A DNA stretch of 64,000 nucleotides from Candidatus Berkelbacteria bacterium (lineage in GTDB: Bacteria; Patescibacteriota; UBA1384; UBA12157), in NCBI GenBank assembly GCA_037127955.1, contig JBAXXI010000003.1:7771-71770 (forward strand), in the 5' to 3' direction. The position numbers and the translations under genes were made by a program. The notes under the pieces were generated by a model. The model saw only the letters and a program-made list of their open reading frames with translations, was not told the origin of the DNA and ran no database searches. Of the stretch, positions 29,402 to 39,133 are shown in pieces. Position 1 is the first letter of the stretch; every line of letters begins with the position of its first letter.

Positions 29402-30217
29402 CTATAAAGGTAAAGTGGCGGTTAAAACTTTACTATCCCCTGGATTGTATTTGACCGCATATTTCACATCAGAGGTATTACCGTCTAAGATATCCTTTGT
29501 TGTAGTAACATATCCATCGTAATATGCAACACTTCTCTTGGCATAGTTAAAAATACTAGCAGTTAAAGTATTTTGATCAACCGCACCAGTCACTGTATAA
29601 GCTACATACCAATCAGATCGAATCGGTGTATCGACACCAACCTTCAAAGTTGCTGTATGACCATCATCAATAACTTTAATCTCATTAACACAAGCAGCTT
29701 TAGCTTTGGTAATCACATCAGCATCAGCAACAGCAAATTCACCTTTAGTGTTAGTTGTACCAGTAAATTCTAACGGGAAATAAGTATCAGATTCTTTAGC
29801 TCCACTATAGCTGTAAGTATAGGTACAAGCAGCATAAACAGTCGCTTTAACCGCCACATTGGCCGAAGCAACTCCAGCTTTTGTTACCTTCATTGTCACT
29901 TGACCGGCAACTGGAGTAGTTGTGGTGGTAGTATTTGTATTAGTTGTGGCTGTAGTCGTAGCCGATGTCTTGCTTGGATTAGCCTGATTATCCATAAAAT
30001 TTATAACTCTGGTAAACTGAGTGTTTGAGTGGCCTTGCATAAACTTTTTCCAAGTAGCCATGTTTTGAACACAGTTTTTCCACTGTGTACCCTTAACGCC
30101 AGCACAATAATCTTGGCTAAAAGCATCGGCTGAGGCTTGCCAATAGTAGTAACCGATTCCACCTCCGATTATTACAATCGCCGCAATAATCAATCCCACG
30201 AGTAACTTTTTGTTCAT
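29402..30217 (-). CDS. membrane-anchored secreted protein, paralog A (Thr-rich linker plus beta-rich C-terminal domain)
   Basis: GGAGG SD. N-terminal TM helix. The 62-aa Cys-containing module GYYYWQASADAFSQDYCAGVKGTQWKNCVQNM...NQANPSK is identical to paralog B. The C-terminal domain is divergent. Confidence 0.65.
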   Translation of the reverse strand: MNKKLLVGLIIAAIVIIGGGIGYYYWQASADAFSQDYCAGVKGTQWKNCVQNMATWKKFMQGHSNTQFTRVINFMDNQANPSKTSATTTATTNTNTTTTTTPVAGQVTMKVTKAGVASANVAVKATVYAACTYTYSYSGAKESDTYFPLEFTGTTNTKGEFAVADADVITKAKAACVNEIKVIDDGHTATLKVGVDTPIRSDWYVAYTVTGAVDQNTLTASIFNYAKRSVAYYDGYVTTTKDILDGNTSDVKYAVKYNPGDSKVLTATLPL

Positions 30218-30316
30218 TTAAACCTCCTCATTTTTGAGTTTTTGTTTATTAATCTATACTTGTATTAATCATAAAACTATTATAAAAATAATGCAATATT
30301 TTCTTCAATAAGCACC

Positions 30317-30343
30317 AAAAAGACCCCGGAGGGGGTCTTTTTT
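30317..30343. terminator. bidirectional terminator AAAAAGACCCC-GGA-GGGGGTCTTTTTT
   Basis: Same hairpin family as 29355 and 33770. Confidence 0.7.
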
Positions 30344-30369
30344 ATATAACTTAAATCTTATTTAATTAG

Positions 30370-31032
30370 TTAGAGATTTGGTTGAGCGCCAACAGGTACA
30401 CTAACAGTGACACTACCACCAGCCGTGGTTAAGGTTACCGGGTAAGAACCAACTACTAATCTTAAAGCACTGATTTTGCAAGTAACCTTAGTATCAGACC
30501 AAGAAACTACTTGAAGATCACCTGTATTTAACTTGAGTGTTGATGTTCCTTGGGTCGCACCAAAACCTGTACCATTAAGAGTCAAAACTGATTCAGCATT
30601 TTCTCCAGAAGTTAATGCTGGTAACAAAGATGAACTGGTTAAAACTGGCTTAGCCACAGCTGGACAAGCTTTATAAACACAACCAGAAACAGCCGTATCA
30701 TAACCAACCAAAGTACCATCCGGACAAGTTTTCATCACGGCTGGACAAGCACTGCTATTAGACGAACTTCCCGAACTAGAACCCTTGCTTGGATTAGCCT
30801 GATTATCCATAAAATTTATAACTCTGGTAAACTGAGTGTTTGAGTGGCCTTGCATAAACTTTTTCCAAGTAGCCATGTTTTGAACACAGTTTTTCCACTG
30901 TGTACCCTTAACGCCAGCACAATAATCTTGGCTAAAAGCATCGGCTGAGGCTTGCCAATAGTAGTAACCTAAACCGCCACCAATTACCAAGACGGCACCA
31001 ATAATGAGTCCGATAAGCCATTTTCTGTTCAT
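30370..31032 (-). CDS. membrane-anchored secreted protein, paralog B (Ser-rich linker, Cys pairs, IPT/TIG-like C-terminal domain)
   Basis: The start was chosen at 31032 (MNRKWLIGL) because AAAGGTG SD precedes it; the ORF-track start is 31050. It shares the N-terminal module with paralog A. LTLNGTGFG resembles an IPT/TIG motif. Confidence 0.6.
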   Translation of the reverse strand: MNRKWLIGLIIGAVLVIGGGLGYYYWQASADAFSQDYCAGVKGTQWKNCVQNMATWKKFMQGHSNTQFTRVINFMDNQANPSKGSSSGSSSNSSACPAVMKTCPDGTLVGYDTAVSGCVYKACPAVAKPVLTSSSLLPALTSGENAESVLTLNGTGFGATQGTSTLKLNTGDLQVVSWSDTKVTCKISALRLVVGSYPVTLTTAGGSVTVSVPVGAQPNL

Positions 31033-31105
31033 AATTCCCACACCTTTCAAGTTTTATTTATAGATATATTAAGTATAAAACTATCAAAATAATTAAGCAA
31101 TAATC

Positions 31106-31753
31106 CTAAATTTTATCAGGGTGAAACCTTAATTCTTTACTAGATATAAAAATTTGACCTGATTTTGCCCTTATCGTTCTTTGATCTTTTAGAATTCGAT
31201 TTTTTTGATACTGACCTAATACTCGCTCTCCCAAGTCGCTAAAAAATAAATCAAAAATTAATTCATTAATTTTACGAAAAATAAAAATAAACTTTGAACA
31301 AGTGTTTGCTAGTACACTTATTCTTCCCAAATCTTGGAAATCATAACCAAAATCTTGAATCCACTGATTTTTCTGTTTAAAAACTTTAAAAATATCATTT
31401 TCTTGCCAAAGTAACTTTGTAAAACTATGATTTCTGGCTAATTGAGTCGTTTTGATTGATAATTCCAACTTGTCAGTGGTTTGATACAAATTCAGGCAAA
31501 TTCGACCAGCAATCTTGTTCTCATACCTTTTAAGCCCAAAGATCATCATTATTAAAATACTAAAAAAACGACAAGTCCAAATCCGACCTGGTTTGGCAAT
31601 AATAATCAAGTCAATATCGGACCGTTCACTCGCCTCACCTCTAGCCAATGAACCATTTAAACCGATCATCCTGATAAACGGCATAAATTGAAGCAAGAAA
31701 CTAGCTAATCTGGCCCGATGCCAATATTTTGTTTGAATCTCAATCTTTTTCAC
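31106..31753 (-). CDS. Pol-beta-superfamily nucleotidyltransferase (stand-alone)
   Basis: GLNGSLARGEASERSDIDLIII contains the GS and DxD motifs. Confidence 0.7.
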   Translation of the reverse strand: MKKIEIQTKYWHRARLASFLLQFMPFIRMIGLNGSLARGEASERSDIDLIIIAKPGRIWTCRFFSILIMMIFGLKRYENKIAGRICLNLYQTTDKLELSIKTTQLARNHSFTKLLWQENDIFKVFKQKNQWIQDFGYDFQDLGRISVLANTCSKFIFIFRKINELIFDLFFSDLGERVLGQYQKNRILKDQRTIRAKSGQIFISSKELRFHPDKI

Positions 31754-31858
31754 ATTTCCTCATAAATTCCATGCAAATCCATTTGCACGCTTGTAGTATA
31801 TCACAACTCTTGGTAAAATAAGTGTAAATTCGAAATTGCTTTAAAAGTCAGGAGGAAT

Positions 31859-32323
31859 ATGAATCAACCAGTGGAAAATACCCCTTCTACCCCGCAAACT
31901 CAAAATCAACCAGAAAAACCAATTATCAAAAATCCACGCTTGGTTAAAACTATTATTATTGCTGTTATTTGTGTGGTTATTCTTGTCTTGACCTCAATCA
32001 TTGTCTTAAACCAGATCAAACAGAAAAACACTCAAACTCAGGTTAAAAATGGCAAAACCTTAGTTCAATTAGTTTTTAACTTAAGAAACGAAATCGATAC
32101 TTTTTACCAAAAAAATCAATCATATAAAAGTTGGCAGGCCGACAGTCAAATTTTAGCTCAGGCCACAAGCCTTGGATCAACTATTAACGTGGTCAGACCT
32201 GATTTCCAACATTACATGTTTTATGCTTTTATCCCGGCAGATCAAAAGTATTTCTGTGTCGACAACACGCAATTTGCTGGCGAAATCAATAAAATCTCGG
32301 TCAACCAAACTAAATGCCAATAA
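31859..32323 (+). CDS. small type-II-membrane / pilin-like secreted protein, paralog 1
   Basis: N-terminal TM helix, then a domain that ends in a Cys...Cys pair (CVDNTQFAGEINKISVNQTKCQ). It is paralogous to 33318-33755. Confidence 0.55.
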   Translation: MNQPVENTPSTPQTQNQPEKPIIKNPRLVKTIIIAVICVVILVLTSIIVLNQIKQKNTQTQVKNGKTLVQLVFNLRNEIDTFYQKNQSYKSWQADSQILAQATSLGSTINVVRPDFQHYMFYAFIPADQKYFCVDNTQFAGEINKISVNQTKCQ

Positions 32324-32337
32324 ACATAGGAGTAAAA

Positions 32338-33299
32338 TGAAAATATTTTCCGGTATTCAGCCATCAGGCGAATTCCATTTAGGTAATTACTTAGGAGCCA
32401 TGAAAAACTGGGTCAAGCTCCAAGAAACAAATGACTGTATTTTTAGTATTGTTGATTTACACGCCATTACGGTTGATTACGATTCAAAAACCCTTTCAGA
32501 AAAAATTATCAATGCCACAAAAGATGCCTTGGCGGTTGGTATTGATCCAGAAAAATCGATTTTATTCGTTCAATCAGGCGTCAAAGAGCATGCTGAATTA
32601 GCTTGGCTTCTCAATACCATTTCGACTATCGGCGAACTCAACCGTATGACCCAATATAAAGAAAAAAGTGAAAAACACGAACAACGCGTCGGTCTTTTTG
32701 ATTATCCAGTTTTAATGGCCGCCGACATTTTACTCTATAAATCCGAAGGTGTGCCAGTTGGCGAAGATCAAGTTCAGCATGTCGAATTAACCCGTGATTT
32801 AGCCGCCCGATTTAATCATAAGTTTGGTGAAACTTTTCCAATTCCTCAATCACTTTTAACCGAAACCAAACGTGTAATGAGTCTTGATGGCAATGGCAAA
32901 ATGAGTAAATCTAACGCCGCTTCAACCTATATTGCCCTTAACGATACACCAGAAGTCATCCGTAAAAAAATTGGCTCAGCTACCACTGACCAAGGCAATG
33001 AACCGGAAATTTCTGCGGCCACCAAAAATCTATTTGGACTTTTAGAGGTATTTGCGGGTAAGGATCGAGCTGAATACTACTTTAAGGCTCGCCAAGCAGG
33101 CACCATCAAATATTCTGAATTAAAACCAGAATTAGCCGAAGCTATCATTGCCGAACTCGCCCCGATTCAAGCACGAAGGGCCGAAATTACCGATGAACAA
33201 GTTAAAGAAGTCTTAGCTTCTGGCGCCAAAAAAGCTCAAATTATAGCCTCGAAAAATATGGTTGAAATCAAACAAAAAATGGGTTTTATGTCTAAATAA
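32338..33299 (+). CDS. trpS: tryptophanyl-tRNA synthetase
   Basis: The start was chosen at 32338 (MKIFSGIQPSGEFHLGNYLGA) because GGAG SD precedes it; the ORF-track start is 32172. A KMSKS motif is present (KMSKSNA). Confidence 0.93.
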
Positions 33300-33317
33300 T
33301 TAAATTAGGAGGGATTC

Positions 33318-33755
33318 GTGGAAGAAAAAGAGATCGAAAAAACCGAACCAAACAAGAAAAAACACTTAAAAATTAGCTGGTGGTTAATAGTTGTGGCCAT
33401 CTTGGCTTTCGGTGGTGCATTTTACTGTGTTTCACCAATCATCAAAAGTAAACAAACTTTAAATAAAACTCAGCCGGACACAAAAGAAGAAATTAATGTT
33501 AAACAAAAACTTTCTTCCTTACGCGGCGATATTGACCGTTATTTCGAAGCCAATAAAACTTATGAAGGTTGGACACCGAATGCCGGCGATCTAGCTAAGG
33601 TCAAGGCTGCTGGCTCAGAAATTAAAACTAAACTTAGCAAAGATGGCTATATGATTTACGCCAAAATGCCTAACTCGAAACTTATCTTCTGTATGGATAA
33701 AACTTTCACTGGCGAAATGAATACGATCAGCTCGTCACAAAAAACTTGTAAATAA
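33318..33755 (+). CDS. small type-II-membrane / pilin-like secreted protein, paralog 2
   Basis: Same architecture as 31859-32323 (TM helix, ...Y.GW..., CMDKTFTGEMNTISSSQKTCK). Confidence 0.55.
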   Translation: MEEKEIEKTEPNKKKHLKISWWLIVVAILAFGGAFYCVSPIIKSKQTLNKTQPDTKEEINVKQKLSSLRGDIDRYFEANKTYEGWTPNAGDLAKVKAAGSEIKTKLSKDGYMIYAKMPNSKLIFCMDKTFTGEMNTISSSQKTCK

Positions 33756-33769
33756 TACATTTGATATCT

Positions 33770-33797
33770 AAAAAAAGACCCCCGCGGGGGTCTTTTT
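33770..33797. terminator. bidirectional terminator AAAAAAAGACCCCCG-CGGGGGTCTTTTTT
   Basis: Perfect palindrome between convergent genes. Confidence 0.75.
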
Positions 33798-33808
33798 TGT
33801 TTTAACTA

Positions 33809-35161
33809 TTAAGCTTGAATCATTGCCAGTAACTCGTCTCGCATCTCTTCCATCTTTGCTTGACTCTTGGCTTCTACATTTAAGCGCAATAAAGGCTCTG
33901 TATTTGAAGTGCGAATCGAAGCGCGCCAATCAGTAAACTCAACCGACAAACCATCAAGTTTAGAAATTTCCCCATCAGCGTATTTGGTTTCAATTTCAGT
34001 CATTATCTCTTTGGCTTTTTCAGTTTTAGTATTAATTTCACCAGAAATGAAATACTTATCCCAATACGGTTTAAGCAAAGTATCCAAATCCCCTTCGGTT
34101 GAAACCATTTCTAGCACTATTAAAAGTGGGATCAAACCCGAATCAGCAAAATAAAAATCCCGAAAATATGTATGGCCCGAGGCTTCACCCGAAAAAACTG
34201 CATCAACTTTTCTCATCTTTTCTTTAATAAACGAGTGCCCCACTCGACTTGAGTCGACCTTACCGCCATTTTCCAGAGTCGAATCAATCACGGCCCAAGT
34301 GTAACGCGGATCATAAATAATAGTAGAAGCTGGGTATTTCTTTAGAATTCCTTTAATAAGTAAGGCGTTCATATGGTAAGGCTCAACGAAAGTACCACTG
34401 CCCGCACAAAAGAAAACACGGTCAGCGTCAGCATCCCAAGTTACGCCCAAATCTGCTTTAGAACTTTTTACTAATTCAACGAACTCTGGTCTATTTTCCG
34501 GTACAAATGGATCTGGTCTGCCTTTAGGAAAATTTCCGTCTGGCACTTCGTTCAGTCCCACTAACTCCAAGGATAAATTACCAATTTCCACCGCTTTTTT
34601 GAGCACTTCCCCTTCGTAACCAAAGTTCGGATTGTAAACTAATTTTAGAGGCTTAATTTTACTTATATCAACAAAATTAAGCGCAAACTTTACAAAATCT
34701 GCTAAAATATCTTTAGTTTCAACTTCTCCTTTAACGCTGGCTTTAACTGGTTCGTTTTCACCGGCCGCCCAATCACGGATTTCAAATATGCCAGTATCTG
34801 AAGAAATCGGAATCGCTTCTTCCCTAACCATCTTCATGCCGTTGTACTCGGCCGGGTTATGCGAGGCTGTCACCTGTATTCCACCGGCTAATTTATAAAA
34901 ACCAGTGGCAAAATAAATCATCTCGGTCGAAATCAAACCGACATCCACCACAGATACGCCGGCATCTGTTAAGCCTTCAATCAAAGCTTTTTTTAATTGT
35001 GGCGATGAAAGTCTCACATCCATACCCACCGCCACTTTACTTTGCGGCTTGATGATTTGGGCATAGGCTTGGCCAATTTTATAAACCAAATCTTCATTAA
35101 TTTGAATTGGGTAAATTCCCCGAATATCGTATGCTTTAAAAATCGATGTATCGATAGACAT
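33809..35161 (-). CDS. phosphoglucomutase/phosphomannomutase family protein
   Basis: Active-site Ser loop TASHNPAEYNGMK and a sugar-binding loop GEASGH. Confidence 0.9.
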   Translation of the reverse strand: MSIDTSIFKAYDIRGIYPIQINEDLVYKIGQAYAQIIKPQSKVAVGMDVRLSSPQLKKALIEGLTDAGVSVVDVGLISTEMIYFATGFYKLAGGIQVTASHNPAEYNGMKMVREEAIPISSDTGIFEIRDWAAGENEPVKASVKGEVETKDILADFVKFALNFVDISKIKPLKLVYNPNFGYEGEVLKKAVEIGNLSLELVGLNEVPDGNFPKGRPDPFVPENRPEFVELVKSSKADLGVTWDADADRVFFCAGSGTFVEPYHMNALLIKGILKKYPASTIIYDPRYTWAVIDSTLENGGKVDSSRVGHSFIKEKMRKVDAVFSGEASGHTYFRDFYFADSGLIPLLIVLEMVSTEGDLDTLLKPYWDKYFISGEINTKTEKAKEIMTEIETKYADGEISKLDGLSVEFTDWRASIRTSNTEPLLRLNVEAKSQAKMEEMRDELLAMIQA

Positions 35162-35249
35162 TTTCTACCTCGTTTTATTACTTATTAAACCTATCATAAT
35201 TCAGACCTGACAATTTGACAAATTTTGGGGTTACGGTTAAGTTAGGAAT

Positions 35250-36866
35250 ATGAAAAAGACTAAATACATTTTTGTCACGGGTGGCGTTCTTTCAGGTTTA
35301 GGCAAAGGCGTCACGGCCGCCAGTATTGGTAATCTTTTGGTTAGCCAGGGTTTTAAAGTCTGGATGCAAAAGTTTGACCAATATTTAAATGTCGACGCTG
35401 GCACACTTAACCCTAACGAGCACGGCGAGGTTTTTGTGCTCGACGACGGCGCTGAAACAGATTTGGATTTAGGTCACTACGAACGGTTTATCAATACCAA
35501 CTTAAACCGCACTTCTTCGGTTATGTCAGGTCAAATTTACAAAGCTATCTTGGAAAACGAACGCACCGGTAAATTCCTCGGCAAAACTATTCAAGTTATT
35601 CCTCATGTCACCGATGAGGTTAAAAGTCGTCTCAAAGCCGCAGTCGAAAGTTCTAATTGTGATGTTTTAATTACGGAAATCGGCGGCACAATTGGCGACT
35701 ACGAAGGTTTACATTTTGTTGAAGCCATCCGCCAAATGCAGTTTGATGCGGGTCGCGAAAATGTTTTGTATGTTCATGTTGGCTTTTTGCCTCACCTTGG
35801 CGCTTCCGATGAGCTCAAAACTAAACCAATTCAAAACAGTGTCCACAATTTACAATCTCTTGGTATCCAGCCTGATATTTTAGTCTGTCGCTCTGACCAC
35901 CCAGTTGATCGAAAAATGACTGATAAAATTGCCTTGTTTACTGGTATTGACCCTGATGCGGTTGTACCACTCGAAACTGTTAGCTCGATTTACCAAGTAC
36001 CGATTATTCTACAAAAATTGAAACTTGATAAAACCATTGCCCGCAAGCTTAAACTCAAACCGAAAAACGAAGATAATAAGGAATGGGCCAAATTTTTAAA
36101 TAAACTTTTAAAACCTAAAACTAAAAAAGTTAAAATTGCCCTAATTGCCAAATATTTAGGACTTAAAGATACTTATTTTTCCGTGACCGAAGCCTTAAAA
36201 ATCGCGGGAGTCACCAACGACGCCGATATCGAAATCGGTTGGATTGATGCCGAAGAAATTGAGAAGAGTGGAACTACAATTCTTAAAGAATACGATGGGA
36301 TTTTAGTCCCAGGCGGCTTTGGTAGTCGTGGGATTGAAGGAAAAATTCAAGCTATCAAATATGCTCGTGAGAAGAAAATTCCTTTTCTAGGCCTTTGCTA
36401 CGGCTTACAACTGGCAACAATTGAGTTTGCCCGCAACATAGCTGGACTCAAAGATGCTAATACCACCGAAATCGATGCCAAAACTCCTAACCCAGTCATC
36501 CATATCATGCCAGAACAGGTTAAACTTCTTGAAGGTGCCAACTATGGCGGCACTATGCGTCTCGGCGCCTATGACTGCAAATTAATTCCTGATACTATTT
36601 CAGCTAAAGCGTACAAACAAAGAATGATATCTGAAAGGCATAGACATAGGTACGAATTCAACAACGATTACCGCGAAATTTTAGAGAAAAAAGGTTTAGT
36701 GATCGCCGGCACCAGTCCAAATGGTAATTTAGTCGAAATAGTCGAGCTTAAAAACCACCCTTTCTTTGTCGCCACTCAGTTTCACCCAGAATTCATCTGT
36801 CGCCCACTCTCACCTCATCCACTCTTTGTCGAGTTCATTAAAACATGTTTAAAAAAATCCTCGTAA
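35250..36866 (+). CDS. pyrG: CTP synthase
   Basis: N-terminal synthetase domain (KYIFVTGGVLSGLGKG) and a C-terminal GATase domain (GLCYGLQ, HPEF). Confidence 0.95.
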   Translation: MKKTKYIFVTGGVLSGLGKGVTAASIGNLLVSQGFKVWMQKFDQYLNVDAGTLNPNEHGEVFVLDDGAETDLDLGHYERFINTNLNRTSSVMSGQIYKAILENERTGKFLGKTIQVIPHVTDEVKSRLKAAVESSNCDVLITEIGGTIGDYEGLHFVEAIRQMQFDAGRENVLYVHVGFLPHLGASDELKTKPIQNSVHNLQSLGIQPDILVCRSDHPVDRKMTDKIALFTGIDPDAVVPLETVSSIYQVPIILQKLKLDKTIARKLKLKPKNEDNKEWAKFLNKLLKPKTKKVKIALIAKYLGLKDTYFSVTEALKIAGVTNDADIEIGWIDAEEIEKSGTTILKEYDGILVPGGFGSRGIEGKIQAIKYAREKKIPFLGLCYGLQLATIEFARNIAGLKDANTTEIDAKTPNPVIHIMPEQVKLLEGANYGGTMRLGAYDCKLIPDTISAKAYKQRMISERHRHRYEFNNDYREILEKKGLVIAGTSPNGNLVEIVELKNHPFFVATQFHPEFICRPLSPHPLFVEFIKTCLKKSS

Positions 36867-36899
36867 ATTACGAGGATTTTTTAATTTATTTTTTAAGTT

Positions 36900-38720
36900 T
36901 TACTCGGCTGGCGGAATTTGAGTCCCTGGACCAACCAAATATGTCTCTGGAACAGGTACATATTTACTGACAAATTTATCGTCTTCCAAAACATTACCAG
37001 AAGCATCGTGAACTTTATAAGTAAAACTAGCGGTGACACCACGAGTAGCTCGCTCCACCAAACGCATGGCCCCGGTTTCCATGGTATCGGTCTCCCGATA
37101 AACCGTGTCACCAGGACTCACATAATCAAACAAAACCGGTGTAGAAACCTCTGATTTTCGTCCATCTTTAGTTCCGTAAATCTGAAAAGTCAAACCATTT
37201 TCAGACGGTACCGCCCAAATAAGGATTGGTGTTTTCATGGTATTAACAAATTTAAAATCAGGTTTCGGATCATAAATTGTCGCATCCATACCGACCGGTG
37301 GTTCATAGTAACTCACTCTAAATGAATGGTTTGTTCGGGCCGTTATTTTTAGACCAGCGTTCATAGCCGCCCGAAATAAAGTTGTAGAAACCTGACACAA
37401 GCCACCACCCACTTCAGGCGCAACCTCTGTACTATTTTTAATTACTAATTCTTTCCTAAAACCACTCTCTAAATCAATTGGTCCTAGAGCTTTAACCGTT
37501 GAAAACTCCTCGCCTGGTTTCACAATATGCCCAGAAATATTATTGGCGCCAAGAGTTAAATTATGAACTCGATTAGCCGTACTACCTCGCCACGAAGTCG
37601 TACCCTCGCCCACCAACTCTTTGATGCCATTGGCATCTGAGGAACTGGAAATTTCCGGTTTTATTTCACTAATTTTCAACTCCACCTTATCTTTTGAATT
37701 TAAAATTGCATCGGTTAATGCCATAATCGCCTTTTCCTGATCAAGTTCGTAACCAGTCTGTGCGGCCTGAAAAGCTGAAACTTTACCATTAACCACGGCA
37801 AATTTAGCGTCTTTGGCTGGTTGATCGATTTCTTTAGCCAAACCCTCAAGATATTTTTTCATTTTTTCTTGATTAATATCGAGAACTAATAAATAATTTC
37901 TATCTACCAAATCTTGACCTGGTTTAAAATCGATCAAATTAACTATATCTTTACTCTTTAAAGTAAAACTTTTGCCGCGTCCGGTCACCACGATCTCGTT
38001 GTCTAAAACCTTTTTAGTTTGCCCAATTATAGACTCTGCTTGGGCAGCTAAAATTTTTGGCTTAACAGTTTCGATAGTTAATTGAACTTGCTCACTAGTC
38101 GAAAAATTACCAAAATTAGCCAAAATTAAATCTTTGGCTTGATCCTGATTAAGTCTTTGGCCAATTTTCTCTGATACAACCTGAGGCACAAGATTGATAA
38201 TTTGAATGGTTGCGTCTTGCTCTGGCTGATCAGTTTCCTGAGCCATTGCTTTAACTTTTTGATCTAGTTTGTCTTGAGAATAAGAAAAAACCAAAGGATA
38301 ACGATTTGAGCCAAAAACTGACCAAATCTGTTCTTTAAAGATTTTTGCTAAATTACCTTTTCTACCTACCGACCAAGCCAATTCAACTGATTTATCAAGG
38401 TTATATTCACGATCAATATCTGTAGATTTAATTTTAAAATTTTTATCACCAACTTTAACTTCTATTACTTTTGAGCCTATTTGATCAAAATTTTGCGATA
38501 ATACTTCTTTAACTTGTGTCAAAGTTTTATTACTGACATCAACTCCGCCAATATAAGTATGAGCAAAAACTGTTTGAGAATAAATCAAATTAAAAACCGC
38601 ATAAACGATAACAAAAAACATAATTAAACCAAATAAAATTATACCAATTTTATAAAACATAAAATTAGCACGAGAGTCCTTGCTTTTTATTTTTTCCTGT
38701 TTTTTAACACTTTGAGTCAA
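36900..38720 (-). CDS. VanW-family protein with N-terminal TM anchor
   Basis: VanW-like core (GGGLCQVSTTLFRAAMNAGL). 606 aa. Confidence 0.75.
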   Translation of the reverse strand: MTQSVKKQEKIKSKDSRANFMFYKIGIILFGLIMFFVIVYAVFNLIYSQTVFAHTYIGGVDVSNKTLTQVKEVLSQNFDQIGSKVIEVKVGDKNFKIKSTDIDREYNLDKSVELAWSVGRKGNLAKIFKEQIWSVFGSNRYPLVFSYSQDKLDQKVKAMAQETDQPEQDATIQIINLVPQVVSEKIGQRLNQDQAKDLILANFGNFSTSEQVQLTIETVKPKILAAQAESIIGQTKKVLDNEIVVTGRGKSFTLKSKDIVNLIDFKPGQDLVDRNYLLVLDINQEKMKKYLEGLAKEIDQPAKDAKFAVVNGKVSAFQAAQTGYELDQEKAIMALTDAILNSKDKVELKISEIKPEISSSSDANGIKELVGEGTTSWRGSTANRVHNLTLGANNISGHIVKPGEEFSTVKALGPIDLESGFRKELVIKNSTEVAPEVGGGLCQVSTTLFRAAMNAGLKITARTNHSFRVSYYEPPVGMDATIYDPKPDFKFVNTMKTPILIWAVPSENGLTFQIYGTKDGRKSEVSTPVLFDYVSPGDTVYRETDTMETGAMRLVERATRGVTASFTYKVHDASGNVLEDDKFVSKYVPVPETYLVGPGTQIPPAE

Positions 38721-38833
38721 TTTCCCCTCTTAATACTAGTTAAAAGCTGAAAGTAAAAAGTTGAAAGTTTATGGAATTATAACTAATATATTTCCTTTTA
38801 CTTTAGACTTTGTACCTTAAACTTTATGCTATT

Positions 38834-39055
38834 TTACTTACCGTTGAGAATCTCTTCAAGGATAGTTTTAGCCATATTCTCTTCTTTCATTCTAGCGTCT
38901 TTTTCCGATAAAAAACAGAGGCGCATTTCTTCTCCAACCTTAATTGAATCTGGCAAATACTCTGAAGGAACTTCGATTTTCTGACCTTCAATTTCAATTT
39001 CAGACTTTTTTCCCTTTTTTTCAATTAATTTACAAATTAAAGTTTGAATAGTCAT
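38834..39055 (-). CDS. hypothetical small protein (73 aa)
   Basis: ORF only. It lies upstream of, and co-oriented with, the VanW-like gene. Confidence 0.4.
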   Translation of the reverse strand: MTIQTLICKLIEKKGKKSEIEIEGQKIEVPSEYLPDSIKVGEEMRLCFLSEKDARMKEENMAKTILEEILNGK

Positions 39056-39133
39056 AATTATCCCAATTAAAAAGCTTTGTGAGTATAAAGCACACCAAGT
39101 GCAGTCTCTATAATCACAAAGCTTAATTTAATT

